Shown here piece by piece: positions 10,364 through 19,524 of a stretch of 64,000 bases of DNA (positions within the stretch are counted from its first letter, which is position 1; each line of letters starts with the position of its first letter). The notes beneath the pieces are model-generated. The model did no database searches. It saw nothing but the letters and a program-made list of their open reading frames with translations, and had not been told where the DNA came from. This stretch comes from Clostridia bacterium (lineage in GTDB: Bacteria; Bacillota; Clostridia; UBA1381). Position numbers and translations under genes: made by a program. Location of the stretch: the NCBI GenBank assembly GCA_036307445.1, contig JAXJXP010000029.1, positions 580 through 64,579 on the forward strand, in the 5' to 3' direction.

Positions 10364-11065
10364 ATGGACGAGAGAACAGTTCTTATTGTCGAAGACGACC
10401 CCAACATTGTTGATATACTTAAATTTAACTTTGAAAAGGAAGGCTATAACATACTTATTGCAACCGATGGCGCATCAGGCTTGGAGCAGGCTCAGACATC
10501 TAATCCCGATTTGATTTTGCTTGACGTTATGCTTCCCAAGATGGACGGTTTTGAGGTTTGCCGCAAGGTGAGAGAAAAATCAAACGTGCCTATAATTATG
10601 CTTACTGCCCGCGAAGAAGAGGTTGACAAGGTATTGGGTCTTGAGCTTGGTGCTGATGACTATATAACAAAGCCTTTTTCGATTCGTGAGCTGACCGCCC
10701 GAGTTAAAGCAAACCTTAGAAGAATGTCGATAGATATGTCTTCCGCTTCTCAGGATCCGTCAAGCACAATTACATCAGGAGAGCTTGTAATCAACATTGA
10801 GCGTTACGAGGTTCAAAAGCGTGGCAAGGTTATCGACATTACCTTAAGAGAGTTCGAGCTTTTGAAATTCTTAGCACAACAGCCTGAAAAGATTTTTTCA
10901 AGAGAAAATCTTCTCGAAAATGTTTGGGGATATGAATACTATGGCGATGTACGTACAGTTGACGTAACAGTCAGACGCCTTCGCGAGAAGATTGAAGATG
11001 ACCCAAGCCTTCCACGCTATATTGTTACAAAGCGCGGTGTAGGATATTACTTTAATAAGGCGTAA
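10364..11065 (+). CDS. walR: OmpR/PhoB-family response regulator, WalR (YycF)-like
   Basis: Receiver domain (VLIVEDD ... DLILLDVMLPKMDG ... MLTAR) and a winged-helix C-terminus (LTLREFELLKFL ... VRTVDVTVRRLREKI). Start chosen at MDERTVLIVEDD, with AAAGGA 11 nt upstream. The tracked ORF begins 24 nt earlier. Confidence 0.85.
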   Translation: MDERTVLIVEDDPNIVDILKFNFEKEGYNILIATDGASGLEQAQTSNPDLILLDVMLPKMDGFEVCRKVREKSNVPIIMLTAREEEVDKVLGLELGADDYITKPFSIRELTARVKANLRRMSIDMSSASQDPSSTITSGELVINIERYEVQKRGKVIDITLREFELLKFLAQQPEKIFSRENLLENVWGYEYYGDVRTVDVTVRRLREKIEDDPSLPRYIVTKRGVGYYFNKA

Positions 11066-11071
11066 ACAGAT

Positions 11072-12829
11072 ATGTTCAAAAGTATTCAATATAAAATAGT
11101 CGCCATTTTTGTAATCCTGATTTTAACGGTTACAATTGTAATGGGTGCATTTTTGACTACAAATATTGTCAGTTTTTATCACAGCGATTTTTCTGTTATG
11201 ATGGAGCAGGTCTTCACAGACAGCTTTATCAGCGAAATGTCAAAAACTGCATTACAGGAAAACGGCGCAGACAAACTTGACAAGGTTGTAAGGTCGTATA
11301 TCGGTCAGCTCGGCATTGATACATACCGTTTTTACTGCATAATGAATGCTTCTGACGCATCGGTATTATATACCTCCGATTATGAACTTAGCAAAAATCT
11401 TGATATGAGCGACAATATCATTGCAGCAATGTCAGGCGCAAGAGGTAACAGCGTCAACTCAGAACGTTCATATATGGACTATGCAATCAGCGTCGGAGAA
11501 GATAACAGCAGATATATCATATATGTACGAGATACAAAAGATGAATTAAATGGTATTACAAAGAATATTATTTATGTTATAATTCAATCACTTCTTGTTG
11601 CGTTGGTGATAACCATACTTCTTGCCTATCTTTTAAGCAGAACTATTACATCTCCAATTATTACTCTGACAAAAAGAGCCGAACGAATTGCAGGCGGAAA
11701 CTTTGAAAGTATACCCGTTTCAGATTCTAATGATGAGATTGGAAGGCTTTCCAATACATTCAGGTATATGTCCTCTGCTCTGTCTTCAACCATTGACGAA
11801 GTAAACACTGAGAAAAATAAGGTTGAAACAATTCTTCAGAATATGACAGATGGTATACTCGCTTTTAATTTATCCGGTGAGCTTATCCACATAAATCCTG
11901 AAGCACAAAAGCTTTTAGGTGCCAGCTACATAGGCGGAGTAAGCTTTGATGAATTATTTAAAGAGCTTGATATAGATGTCAGAATAGGTGATCTCTTATA
12001 CATAAAACAAGAAGACCCTATCGAACAGATTTCTTCGCTCGGAAGCAAGTATATACGTTTTAATTTTGCAACCGTTATGAAGGATAATAAGCCGGACGGT
12101 GTTTTGGTTGTACTTCACGATATTACAAATCAGGAAAAACTCGAGCTTTCACGAAGAGAGTTTGTCGCAAATGTTTCGCATGAGCTGAGAACACCGCTTA
12201 CTACAGTTAAGTCTTATGCTGAAACGCTTATAGATACGCCATTCGATGACGTAAAAGTACAAAATAGATTTTTGGGTGTGATTGCTCAGGAAGCTGATAG
12301 AATGACAAGAATTGTTAGAGACCTTCTTACACTTTCAAGACTTGACGAAAAGCGTCCTGACCCTGTTGCGCCCGAAGTAATTAACCTTAAGGCTTTTGTA
12401 AGCGACATTGTTGAGAGAATGAGTATCTCCGCAAAAGAAAAAAATCAAACTATAAAATATAAGCAAATGAATTCCGCCGGCGAATTCTTTGCTAACCGGG
12501 ATAAGCTTGAGCAGGTTATTATAAATATAATTTCAAACGCTATCAAGTATACACCAGATGGCGGCAAAATTGAAGTTTTTACAGGTAAAATTTACAGCGA
12601 TATATATATTAAGGTAGCCGATAACGGAATCGGTATTCCAAAAGAAAACCTGCCACGCATTTTTGAAAGGTTTTACCGTGTAGACAAGGCACGTTCCCGT
12701 GATACCGGCGGTACAGGTCTTGGATTGGCAATCGCAAAACAAATTATGGAGGAAATGGGCGGCGGCATTTCTATTACCAGCGAAGTTAACCAAGGTACCG
12801 AGGTTACAATTACCGTTTCGACTGCTTAA
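11072..12829 (+). CDS. walK: Sensor histidine kinase, WalK (YycG)-like
   Basis: Two TM segments flank an extracytoplasmic domain. These are followed by HAMP, PAS, an H-box (FVANVSHELRTPLT), and N/G1/G2 boxes (NAIKYTPDGG, DNGIGIP, GTGLGLAI). Confidence 0.85.
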   Translation: MFKSIQYKIVAIFVILILTVTIVMGAFLTTNIVSFYHSDFSVMMEQVFTDSFISEMSKTALQENGADKLDKVVRSYIGQLGIDTYRFYCIMNASDASVLYTSDYELSKNLDMSDNIIAAMSGARGNSVNSERSYMDYAISVGEDNSRYIIYVRDTKDELNGITKNIIYVIIQSLLVALVITILLAYLLSRTITSPIITLTKRAERIAGGNFESIPVSDSNDEIGRLSNTFRYMSSALSSTIDEVNTEKNKVETILQNMTDGILAFNLSGELIHINPEAQKLLGASYIGGVSFDELFKELDIDVRIGDLLYIKQEDPIEQISSLGSKYIRFNFATVMKDNKPDGVLVVLHDITNQEKLELSRREFVANVSHELRTPLTTVKSYAETLIDTPFDDVKVQNRFLGVIAQEADRMTRIVRDLLTLSRLDEKRPDPVAPEVINLKAFVSDIVERMSISAKEKNQTIKYKQMNSAGEFFANRDKLEQVIINIISNAIKYTPDGGKIEVFTGKIYSDIYIKVADNGIGIPKENLPRIFERFYRVDKARSRDTGGTGLGLAIAKQIMEEMGGGISITSEVNQGTEVTITVSTA

Positions 12830-12924
12830 ATGTTGTTTCATTTTAATGATAGTGTAATTGTTTTGTAACAGTATTTATGTTATAATCTATTTACGAAGAT
12901 TATATGATTAAGGAGGGATAAATA

Positions 12925-13386
12925 GTGAAAATTAGATTGATAAAGCTCGTACTTAGTATGCTTTTGGCATTTACTATGCTACTTCCCTCTGTTTGTTATG
13001 CTGATTATGGCAATACAATTCCCGTTTCTGCCATTGGAACAAAAGCTGACATAATCACAATTAAGAGACCCGAATCATTATCAGCCAGCACATCTGATAA
13101 GACCTATACAATTTCTGCAACAGGTACTCAAGGAACAAAGATTAAAGTTTACAAGCTTGATGTTTCTGAAAATATAGGTAAGATTGTTACAGCAGAACGT
13201 GCAATTGGTGCCAGTGGTCTTTACAGTACCGTTGTTGATTTAAATAATGATAGCAATACATTTATTATCTATGCTGAAAACAGCACAGGCTCACAGATAG
13301 TTAATATCAGTATTAACAAAATCAAAAAAAGTACAATAGACAGGCTAAAGAGCCTGACAGTAACAATTAAGAACTTTTTAAGCTAA
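12925..13386 (+). CDS. Secreted hypothetical protein (beta-rich, Ig-like?) encoded between walK and yycH-like
   Basis: GTG start 7 nt after AAGGAGGGA. Signal peptide MKIRLIKLVLSMLLAFTMLLPSVCYA. I recognise no family. Confidence 0.55.
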   Translation: MKIRLIKLVLSMLLAFTMLLPSVCYADYGNTIPVSAIGTKADIITIKRPESLSASTSDKTYTISATGTQGTKIKVYKLDVSENIGKIVTAERAIGASGLYSTVVDLNNDSNTFIIYAENSTGSQIVNISINKIKKSTIDRLKSLTVTIKNFLS

Positions 13387-13408
13387 TCACATATGAAAGG
13401 TTTCATTT

Positions 13409-14827
13409 ATGAAAGAAAGATTTAAAAGTCTTGTTCTTGTTGTTTTGGTTATTTTGAATTTTATATTGGGCAGCAGAGTACTGTCAACTGAAAAATTATG
13501 GTCGGGAGACGGCTATAATTTTTTTGTTAGCGGAACAAATAATCCTATAACCGAATTCTTCAGGAACATAAAACTAAGAATACAAGGCAAATCCTCGGCT
13601 GAAACACGCCTTGAAGCACCTGAGCTAATAATCATAAACACCGGAGACCAAACAAGCAGAATTGCATTCACAAGCGTTGATACAGAGTTTGCAACATTAC
13701 TCGAAATTGCAGACTTGTTTTTACGCAGTGCTTTTTCGGTCTCTCAACAATATACAACCGTTTCAACAGAAGACTTCTATTCAGCACTTACTTCAAAATC
13801 TATATATTTATCTTATCCTACCGACTATGATGCGGGACTGTTTTCGCACCTTCTGGGTGCAACAAGGGCAGATTTCTCCGGTATATTTTCACAGCTGAAG
13901 AATATCGTAATATCTGCTGATGGTTATATTTATATAGAAGATTCTGCATCAGACATTGTATATTGTTGTCATCCTAATGTCGATACAACCGGGCTTAATG
14001 AAATAATTGATTCACAAACGGAAACAGTTGATACCGATAAACCTATTATTAACTATGCTTTCGACTTAGGATTTGATAAGGCCTTCGCTACTCAAAAGAC
14101 TGTTCTTTCTCCAATGATTCCTATATATTCAAGCGGCTTTGAATTAGAAACAGTTTCTGTGTCAAGACCACTTTCGATGTTAGATGGCACGTTTAATGAA
14201 ACAGTTGTATCAGGTATTCTTCCTATGTTTAATATGAACCCAAACAGCTTTAGACGTTATACAGAGGTTGATGGCACAATCGTTTTTGTTGAGAATAACG
14301 CAACGCTTAAAATTTCACCTGACGGTTGTCTTGAATACACAGCAAAGGATAATGGTATGTCATTATCAAATACTACTCTTCCTTCGTCATATGATACAGT
14401 GGCTGCTGTTGCTGATTTTGTTGACACAATAAATTATTCTGCTAAATCTGACAGCACTATGCAGCTTTCATCAAAGCTTACATCAACCGAATTGTCTGAA
14501 AGTAGCTTTAGTATAACACTTGATTACTTAGCTAACGGCAGACGCGTTGTACTTAATCCAGGTAATATTGAACCGGCTGTTTCTGCAACAGTTACAAATA
14601 ATAGACTCGTTCACTATAAACAACATATGCGAAGCTTTTCTACTACTGTAAATTTTATGAGTGTCGATAATTACATCTATGCGCTTGATGATACAATTAC
14701 AAAGTTTCAAAACCAGATTACTGATATAGAAATCAACGAACTTGATATTATATATGAGGACAACTTTATTGATGAAATACTTACACCTCATTGGAATGTT
14801 TCTGTTAAAGAAATAGTGATTGACTAA
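13409..14827 (+). CDS. yycH: YycH-like two-component regulatory protein (N-terminal TM anchor)
   Basis: 472 aa with a single N-terminal TM helix (LVLVVLVILNFILG), located downstream of the WalRK-like pair. Size and topology match B. subtilis YycH. Assignment is by context plus architecture only. Confidence 0.5.
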   Translation: MKERFKSLVLVVLVILNFILGSRVLSTEKLWSGDGYNFFVSGTNNPITEFFRNIKLRIQGKSSAETRLEAPELIIINTGDQTSRIAFTSVDTEFATLLEIADLFLRSAFSVSQQYTTVSTEDFYSALTSKSIYLSYPTDYDAGLFSHLLGATRADFSGIFSQLKNIVISADGYIYIEDSASDIVYCCHPNVDTTGLNEIIDSQTETVDTDKPIINYAFDLGFDKAFATQKTVLSPMIPIYSSGFELETVSVSRPLSMLDGTFNETVVSGILPMFNMNPNSFRRYTEVDGTIVFVENNATLKISPDGCLEYTAKDNGMSLSNTTLPSSYDTVAAVADFVDTINYSAKSDSTMQLSSKLTSTELSESSFSITLDYLANGRRVVLNPGNIEPAVSATVTNNRLVHYKQHMRSFSTTVNFMSVDNYIYALDDTITKFQNQITDIEINELDIIYEDNFIDEILTPHWNVSVKEIVID

Positions 14828-14839
14828 AAGGAGATATTT

Positions 14840-15649
14840 ATGAACTGGAACAAAGCAAAAAACATTCTCATACTCTTTTTACTATTCACATCCATATTGC
14901 TTTCAGCAATGCTTTTTAGCTCTGAGAAAAAGAGTAAGCAGGTTGAACCGCAAACTGTAACCTATGCACTTAAACTCCTTAAAGACAAAGGTGTTAAAGT
15001 CTCTCCCGAACTGATACCAATAACGCTTGGCACAGTTCCTGTTTTTGAAAGCGAGAATGCAGTTACTGATTATGATGAATTTGCTAAACGTATATTCCCT
15101 ATCAACACAAAAATCACAGACAACTTATTTACATCACAAGATGGCAGTATTGTATTTAATGGCGACAGTTTTTCTATCAATTTTAATAATGGAATTGATA
15201 CGGATACAAAGCTCAAATCACCCTCCGAAAAAGCAAAATCATATCTATCAACCATTGGAATAGATGTTTTTAATGCAGAAGTTAATACCTCCAACAACGC
15301 GCAAGGTCTGTTCACCGTATCATTTACCGAAATTTTAGATAATAAGCGTTTCTTTGACAGTCAGATTTCAGTGAACTTACTTGGTAAAAAAATTATATCA
15401 GTTAACGGTACTTGGTTTACAAAAAAGAGCACATTATCAAATAATGCATCACTCGATTCAGCTCCAGGCTTATTAATAAAATTTGCTTCTGAAAACAATG
15501 ATTTTACTAATCTTGAAATCTCAAGTCTTGAGCTTGGATATGCAATAAATGAACAAGGCGTTTTCCACAAACAATCAACAATTCTTCCTGTATATCAAAT
15601 AATTACCACTGACGGACGAAAATTCTTTATAGATGCAAGACGAAAATAA
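14840..15649 (+). CDS. yycI: YycI-like two-component regulatory protein
   Basis: N-terminus MNWNKAKNILILFLLFTSILL closely resembles the YycI signature start (MDWNKTKTIFI...). It is 269 aa with a single TM and sits immediately after the yycH-like gene. Confidence 0.6.
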   Translation: MNWNKAKNILILFLLFTSILLSAMLFSSEKKSKQVEPQTVTYALKLLKDKGVKVSPELIPITLGTVPVFESENAVTDYDEFAKRIFPINTKITDNLFTSQDGSIVFNGDSFSINFNNGIDTDTKLKSPSEKAKSYLSTIGIDVFNAEVNTSNNAQGLFTVSFTEILDNKRFFDSQISVNLLGKKIISVNGTWFTKKSTLSNNASLDSAPGLLIKFASENNDFTNLEISSLELGYAINEQGVFHKQSTILPVYQIITTDGRKFFIDARRK

Positions 15650-15710
15650 ATAAGCTTCTGATAGAAGCACCGCCTGCGGGCGTAGGAATGTAGTAATTTA
15701 GTACATAATA

Positions 15711-15746
15711 AAAAGAAAGCGGTTATTCAATAGAATAACCGCTTTA
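15711..15746. terminator. Bidirectional rho-independent terminator between yycI-like (+) and serA (-)
   Basis: GCGGTTATTC-aata-GAATAACCGC stem flanked by an A-run and a T-run. Confidence 0.7.
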
Positions 15747-15760
15747 TCTATTTATTTAAT

Positions 15761-16924
15761 TTATTTAATAATTCTAACCTTTAATACACCATCAATTGCA
15801 GCAATCTTTTCTGCAAAATCAGCAGGGATTGCGCTGTCAGAATTAATAATTGTTGCTGCGTTGTCTTTCTTGCTCTTGTTAATCATATCAGCAATATTAA
15901 GACCAGCTTCAGCAAACATATTAGTAAACTGGCTAATCATATTAGGTACATTTTTATGAAGAATAGAAACTCTGCCGCCATCACCCATCGGAAGTGAGCA
16001 ATTCGGGAAGTTTACTGAATTAAGGATATCGCCTGTTTCAAGATATGATGCAAGCTCCTGTGCGGCCATCATAGCACAGTTATCCTCTGACTCTTCTGTC
16101 GATGCACCAAGATGCGGAATTGCAATTATACCCTTTTGGTTAATTGTTTCTGCATTTGGAAAATCAACAACATATTTTGACACTTTACCGCTTTCAATTG
16201 CAGCCTTTATATCATCATTATTAACAAGCTCGCCTCTTGCGAAGTTCAAAACTTTAACTCCGTCCTTCATCTTAGCAATAGTTTCCTTGTTAATCATATG
16301 CTTTGTATCAGGCATAAACGGAACATGGATAGTGATGTAATCTGACTTTTCATAAACCTCATCAGCACTCTTAGCCTTAATGATATGACTTGAAAGCTTC
16401 CATGCAGCATCTACTGAAAGGTATGGGTCATAACCCACAACATTCATACCAAGATGTCTTGCAGCATTTGCCACAAGAATACCGATAGCTCCAAGACCGA
16501 TTACACCAAGAGTTTTGCCTTGTACTTCACAGCCTGCAAAACCGCTCTTGCCCTTCTCGACCTGTTTTGCTATATCGTCGCCGCTAAGACCTGCTGCCCA
16601 TTTGATACCGCCATCAATATCTCTTGAAGCCATAAACATACCTGCAAGCACAAGCTCTTTTACGGCATTTGCATTAGCACCGGGAGTATTAAATACAACA
16701 ATACCCTTGTCTGTGCACTTATCAATAGGAATATTATTAGTTCCTGCACCAGCTCTTGCAACAGCTAAAAGCTTTTCAGGCAACTCCATATCATGCATAG
16801 CAAAACTTCTTAAAATTATACCATCAGCATTTGAAGCTGCATCATCCGTAACAGTGTACATAGCAGAATCAAGCTGGTCTAAGCCACATTTTGCAATTTT
16901 GTTAAGTGTCAATATATCAAACAT
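15761..16924 (-). CDS. serA: D-3-phosphoglycerate dehydrogenase
   Basis: 2-hydroxyacid dehydrogenase NAD-binding motif (GVIGLGAIGILVA) and a C-terminal ACT-like region. Located adjacent to serC. Start set at MFDILTLNKI, with AAAGGTG upstream. Confidence 0.88.
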   Translation of the reverse strand: MFDILTLNKIAKCGLDQLDSAMYTVTDDAASNADGIILRSFAMHDMELPEKLLAVARAGAGTNNIPIDKCTDKGIVVFNTPGANANAVKELVLAGMFMASRDIDGGIKWAAGLSGDDIAKQVEKGKSGFAGCEVQGKTLGVIGLGAIGILVANAARHLGMNVVGYDPYLSVDAAWKLSSHIIKAKSADEVYEKSDYITIHVPFMPDTKHMINKETIAKMKDGVKVLNFARGELVNNDDIKAAIESGKVSKYVVDFPNAETINQKGIIAIPHLGASTEESEDNCAMMAAQELASYLETGDILNSVNFPNCSLPMGDGGRVSILHKNVPNMISQFTNMFAEAGLNIADMINKSKKDNAATIINSDSAIPADFAEKIAAIDGVLKVRIIK

Positions 16925-16948
16925 TCTTCTTTTCGCACCTTTCAAGAC

Positions 16949-18031
16949 TTATAAATTCTCTGCTTCAAACTTCTTCATAAATTCAACAAGCTTTTCAACG
17001 CCCTCAACAGGCATAGCATTGTAGATACTTGCTCTCATACCGCCAACACTTCTGTGTCCCTTAAGGTTTACAAATCCAGCCTTTTTAGCCTCAGCAACAA
17101 ACTTAGCATCAAGCTCCTCGTTACCTGTTACAAACGGGACATTCATAAGCGAGCGATCCTCAGGAACAACAGTTCCCTTAAAAAGCTTTGAATTATCAAG
17201 GAAATTATAGAGAATCTCTGCTTTCTTTTCATTAATCTTCTGAACAGCAGCCACTCCACCCTGTTCCTTAATCCACTCGAGAACGAGCTTCATAACGTAA
17301 ATACCATAAGTAGGCGGTGTGTTATAAAGTGAATCGTTATCAACGTGAATCTGATAGTTAAACATAGTAGGAGTAATATCCATAGCATCGCCAACTAAAT
17401 CTTCACGAACAATAACAAGTGTAACACCCGCAGGACCCAAATTCTTCTGAGCACCTGCAAAAAGAAGACCAAACTTTGATACGTCAAGCTCTTCACTCAT
17501 AATCATTGAAGAAATATCGGCAACAAGAGGAACATCTCCTGTTTCAGGAAGCTGGTTATACTTTGTACCATAGATAGTATTGTTAAGACAGATATAGAAA
17601 TAATCAGCATCCTTTGAGAATGTACTCTTATCAAGCTTAGGAATATACGAAAAGGTCTTATCTGCAGAAGATGCTACTTCGTTAACAGTAATGTAGCGCT
17701 TAGCCTCCTGAGCAGCCTTCTTTGCCCACTGACCTGTAATAACAATATCAATCTTCTTATTCTTAGTAGCAAGATTCATAGGAATCATTGTAAACTGACT
17801 CGAACCGCCGCCCTGTAAGAAGAGAACCTTATAGTTATCAGGAACGTGCATAAGCTCACGAACAAGCTTTTCACAACCTTTTATAATATCATCGTAGTCT
17901 TTTGAACGATGGCTCATTTCCATTACAGACATACCCGCATTAGGATATTCGCACATCTCGTCCTGTGCTTTTTTCAGTACCTCAAGCGGAAGCATTGAAG
18001 GTCCTGCAGAAAAATTATAAACTCTGTTCAT
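16949..18031 (-). CDS. serC: Phosphoserine aminotransferase
   Basis: MNRVYNFSAGPSMLP N-terminus and class V aminotransferase core (GAQKNLGPAGVTLVIVRED). GGAGGGG lies 9 nt upstream of the chosen ATG. Confidence 0.93.
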   Translation of the reverse strand: MNRVYNFSAGPSMLPLEVLKKAQDEMCEYPNAGMSVMEMSHRSKDYDDIIKGCEKLVRELMHVPDNYKVLFLQGGGSSQFTMIPMNLATKNKKIDIVITGQWAKKAAQEAKRYITVNEVASSADKTFSYIPKLDKSTFSKDADYFYICLNNTIYGTKYNQLPETGDVPLVADISSMIMSEELDVSKFGLLFAGAQKNLGPAGVTLVIVREDLVGDAMDITPTMFNYQIHVDNDSLYNTPPTYGIYVMKLVLEWIKEQGGVAAVQKINEKKAEILYNFLDNSKLFKGTVVPEDRSLMNVPFVTGNEELDAKFVAEAKKAGFVNLKGHRSVGGMRASIYNAMPVEGVEKLVEFMKKFEAENL

Positions 18032-18108
18032 TGGTAAACACCCCTCCAAAATTATATACTACTATTATATACCTTTTTTTCTATTTGTCAACATCTTTAT
18101 ACCTCTTT

Positions 18109-18126
18109 TTGACAAATATTTGTCAA
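18109..18126. promoter_or_regulatory. Perfect 18-bp palindrome TTGACAAATATTTGTCAA upstream of the serC promoter
   Basis: Read directly from the sequence. It lies about 20 nt upstream of a TTGACA-N16/17-TATAAT promoter for serC. Function unknown. Confidence 0.35.
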
Positions 18127-18138
18127 TTAGTTGTAAAG

Positions 18139-18855
18139 TTATCTACTACATAAATCCAAATAATGCTTTGCAATGGTATCTGCAATAGCCCAGGCAATTT
18201 TCGCCCTATATTCTTCGTCATTTAACTTCTTTTCTTCACTTGGATTTGATAGGAACCCGCACTCAATCAAAATCGCCGGCATTGGTGGTGATTTCATCAA
18301 AAACAAACTCTTGTCTGCGGCTCTTACTGCTGTTACTTTGGCACCGGTAATGTCAGCCATTTTTGATTGAATATTCTCTCCCAACGTCTTGATTTCCTTA
18401 TGATTTGCTGCATAAAAAAGTCTCAAACCGTTTACATCCTTGGTAGGAAAGTGATTCATATGTATAGATATAAAAAGGTCCGCATCCGATTCTTTTACTG
18501 TCTTAAGTCTGAGTCTCATATCGTCCACCTTATTCCACGACTCTTTCTCTTTTTCTTTTATACCGTCATTCTCCGTGCGTGTCATTATAACAGTAATACC
18601 TTTATTTTCAAGAATCTCAGATACTTTTTTGGCAATATCGAGATTTAGTTCTGCTTCAACACTGCCGTTTACACCAACGGCACCGCCATCCGGCAGTCCG
18701 TGCCCTGCATCAACTACAACCTTTAGCTCCCCACCTTCAATTCCAAAAGTTTTTTTGTCAGGTATTATACCCACTACCCCGCCAAAAAACAATCCAACTG
18801 CTAAAAATATTGTACATATAATCAAGCACTTTTTCCTGTTTATGACCAAATACAT
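18139..18855 (-). CDS. cwlD: N-acetylmuramoyl-L-alanine amidase (Amidase_3), CwlD-like
   Basis: DAGHGLPDGGAVG, SIHMNHF and LIECGFLSNPSEE motifs with an N-terminal TM anchor. The size fits germination-specific CwlD. Start set at MYLVINRKK, 7 nt after AGGAGTG. Confidence 0.78.
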   Translation of the reverse strand: MYLVINRKKCLIICTIFLAVGLFFGGVVGIIPDKKTFGIEGGELKVVVDAGHGLPDGGAVGVNGSVEAELNLDIAKKVSEILENKGITVIMTRTENDGIKEKEKESWNKVDDMRLRLKTVKESDADLFISIHMNHFPTKDVNGLRLFYAANHKEIKTLGENIQSKMADITGAKVTAVRAADKSLFLMKSPPMPAILIECGFLSNPSEEKKLNDEEYRAKIAWAIADTIAKHYLDLCSR

Positions 18856-18976
18856 TTTCATCACTCCTGTGTTCAATTATATGAACACAAAATAGAAATA
18901 ATACCAACGTATAGAACACAAAAAGAAGCACTAATTGTGTGCTTCTTTTCTAAAATTATCAATTCAAAGAATTAAA

Positions 18977-19507
18977 TTAGCAATAGTTATCCTTATACGA
19001 TGCAATACATTCTCTGATTATATCCATAGCAGCATCTGCACCAAGAACATCAGAAACATCGGTTTCCTTATTTTCAAGAGATTTATAAACCCTGAAAAAG
19101 TGTCTGATTTCATCAAATGTATGTTGAGGAAGCTCCGATATATCCTTATACATATTCATAGATGGGTCATTAAAAGGTATTGCAATTATCTTTTCATCTA
19201 CCTCGTCATTGTCTATCATTTTGACAACACCTATCGGATAACATTGTACAAGTGTCATAGGTACAATAGATTCCTGGCAAAGCACAAGCACATCCAGTGG
19301 GTCATTATCTGCCGCATACGTTCTCGGTATAAAACCATAATTTGCTGGATAGTGTGTTGATGTATAAAGAACCCTGTCAAGTCTTAAAAGTCCTGTTTCC
19401 TTATCCATTTCATACTTATTCTTTCCGCCCTTAGGTATTTCAATCACTGCTATGAAATCCTCTGCAGAAATTCTTTTTGGACTTATATCGTGCCATATAT
19501 TAGACAT
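18977..19507 (-). CDS. ppa: Inorganic pyrophosphatase (family I)
   Basis: VIEIPKGGKNKYE, YPANYGFIP and DNDPLDVLVL motifs. Confidence 0.93.
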   Translation of the reverse strand: MSNIWHDISPKRISAEDFIAVIEIPKGGKNKYEMDKETGLLRLDRVLYTSTHYPANYGFIPRTYAADNDPLDVLVLCQESIVPMTLVQCYPIGVVKMIDNDEVDEKIIAIPFNDPSMNMYKDISELPQHTFDEIRHFFRVYKSLENKETDVSDVLGADAAMDIIRECIASYKDNYC

Positions 19508-19524
19508 TTACCCCGCTCCTTAAA

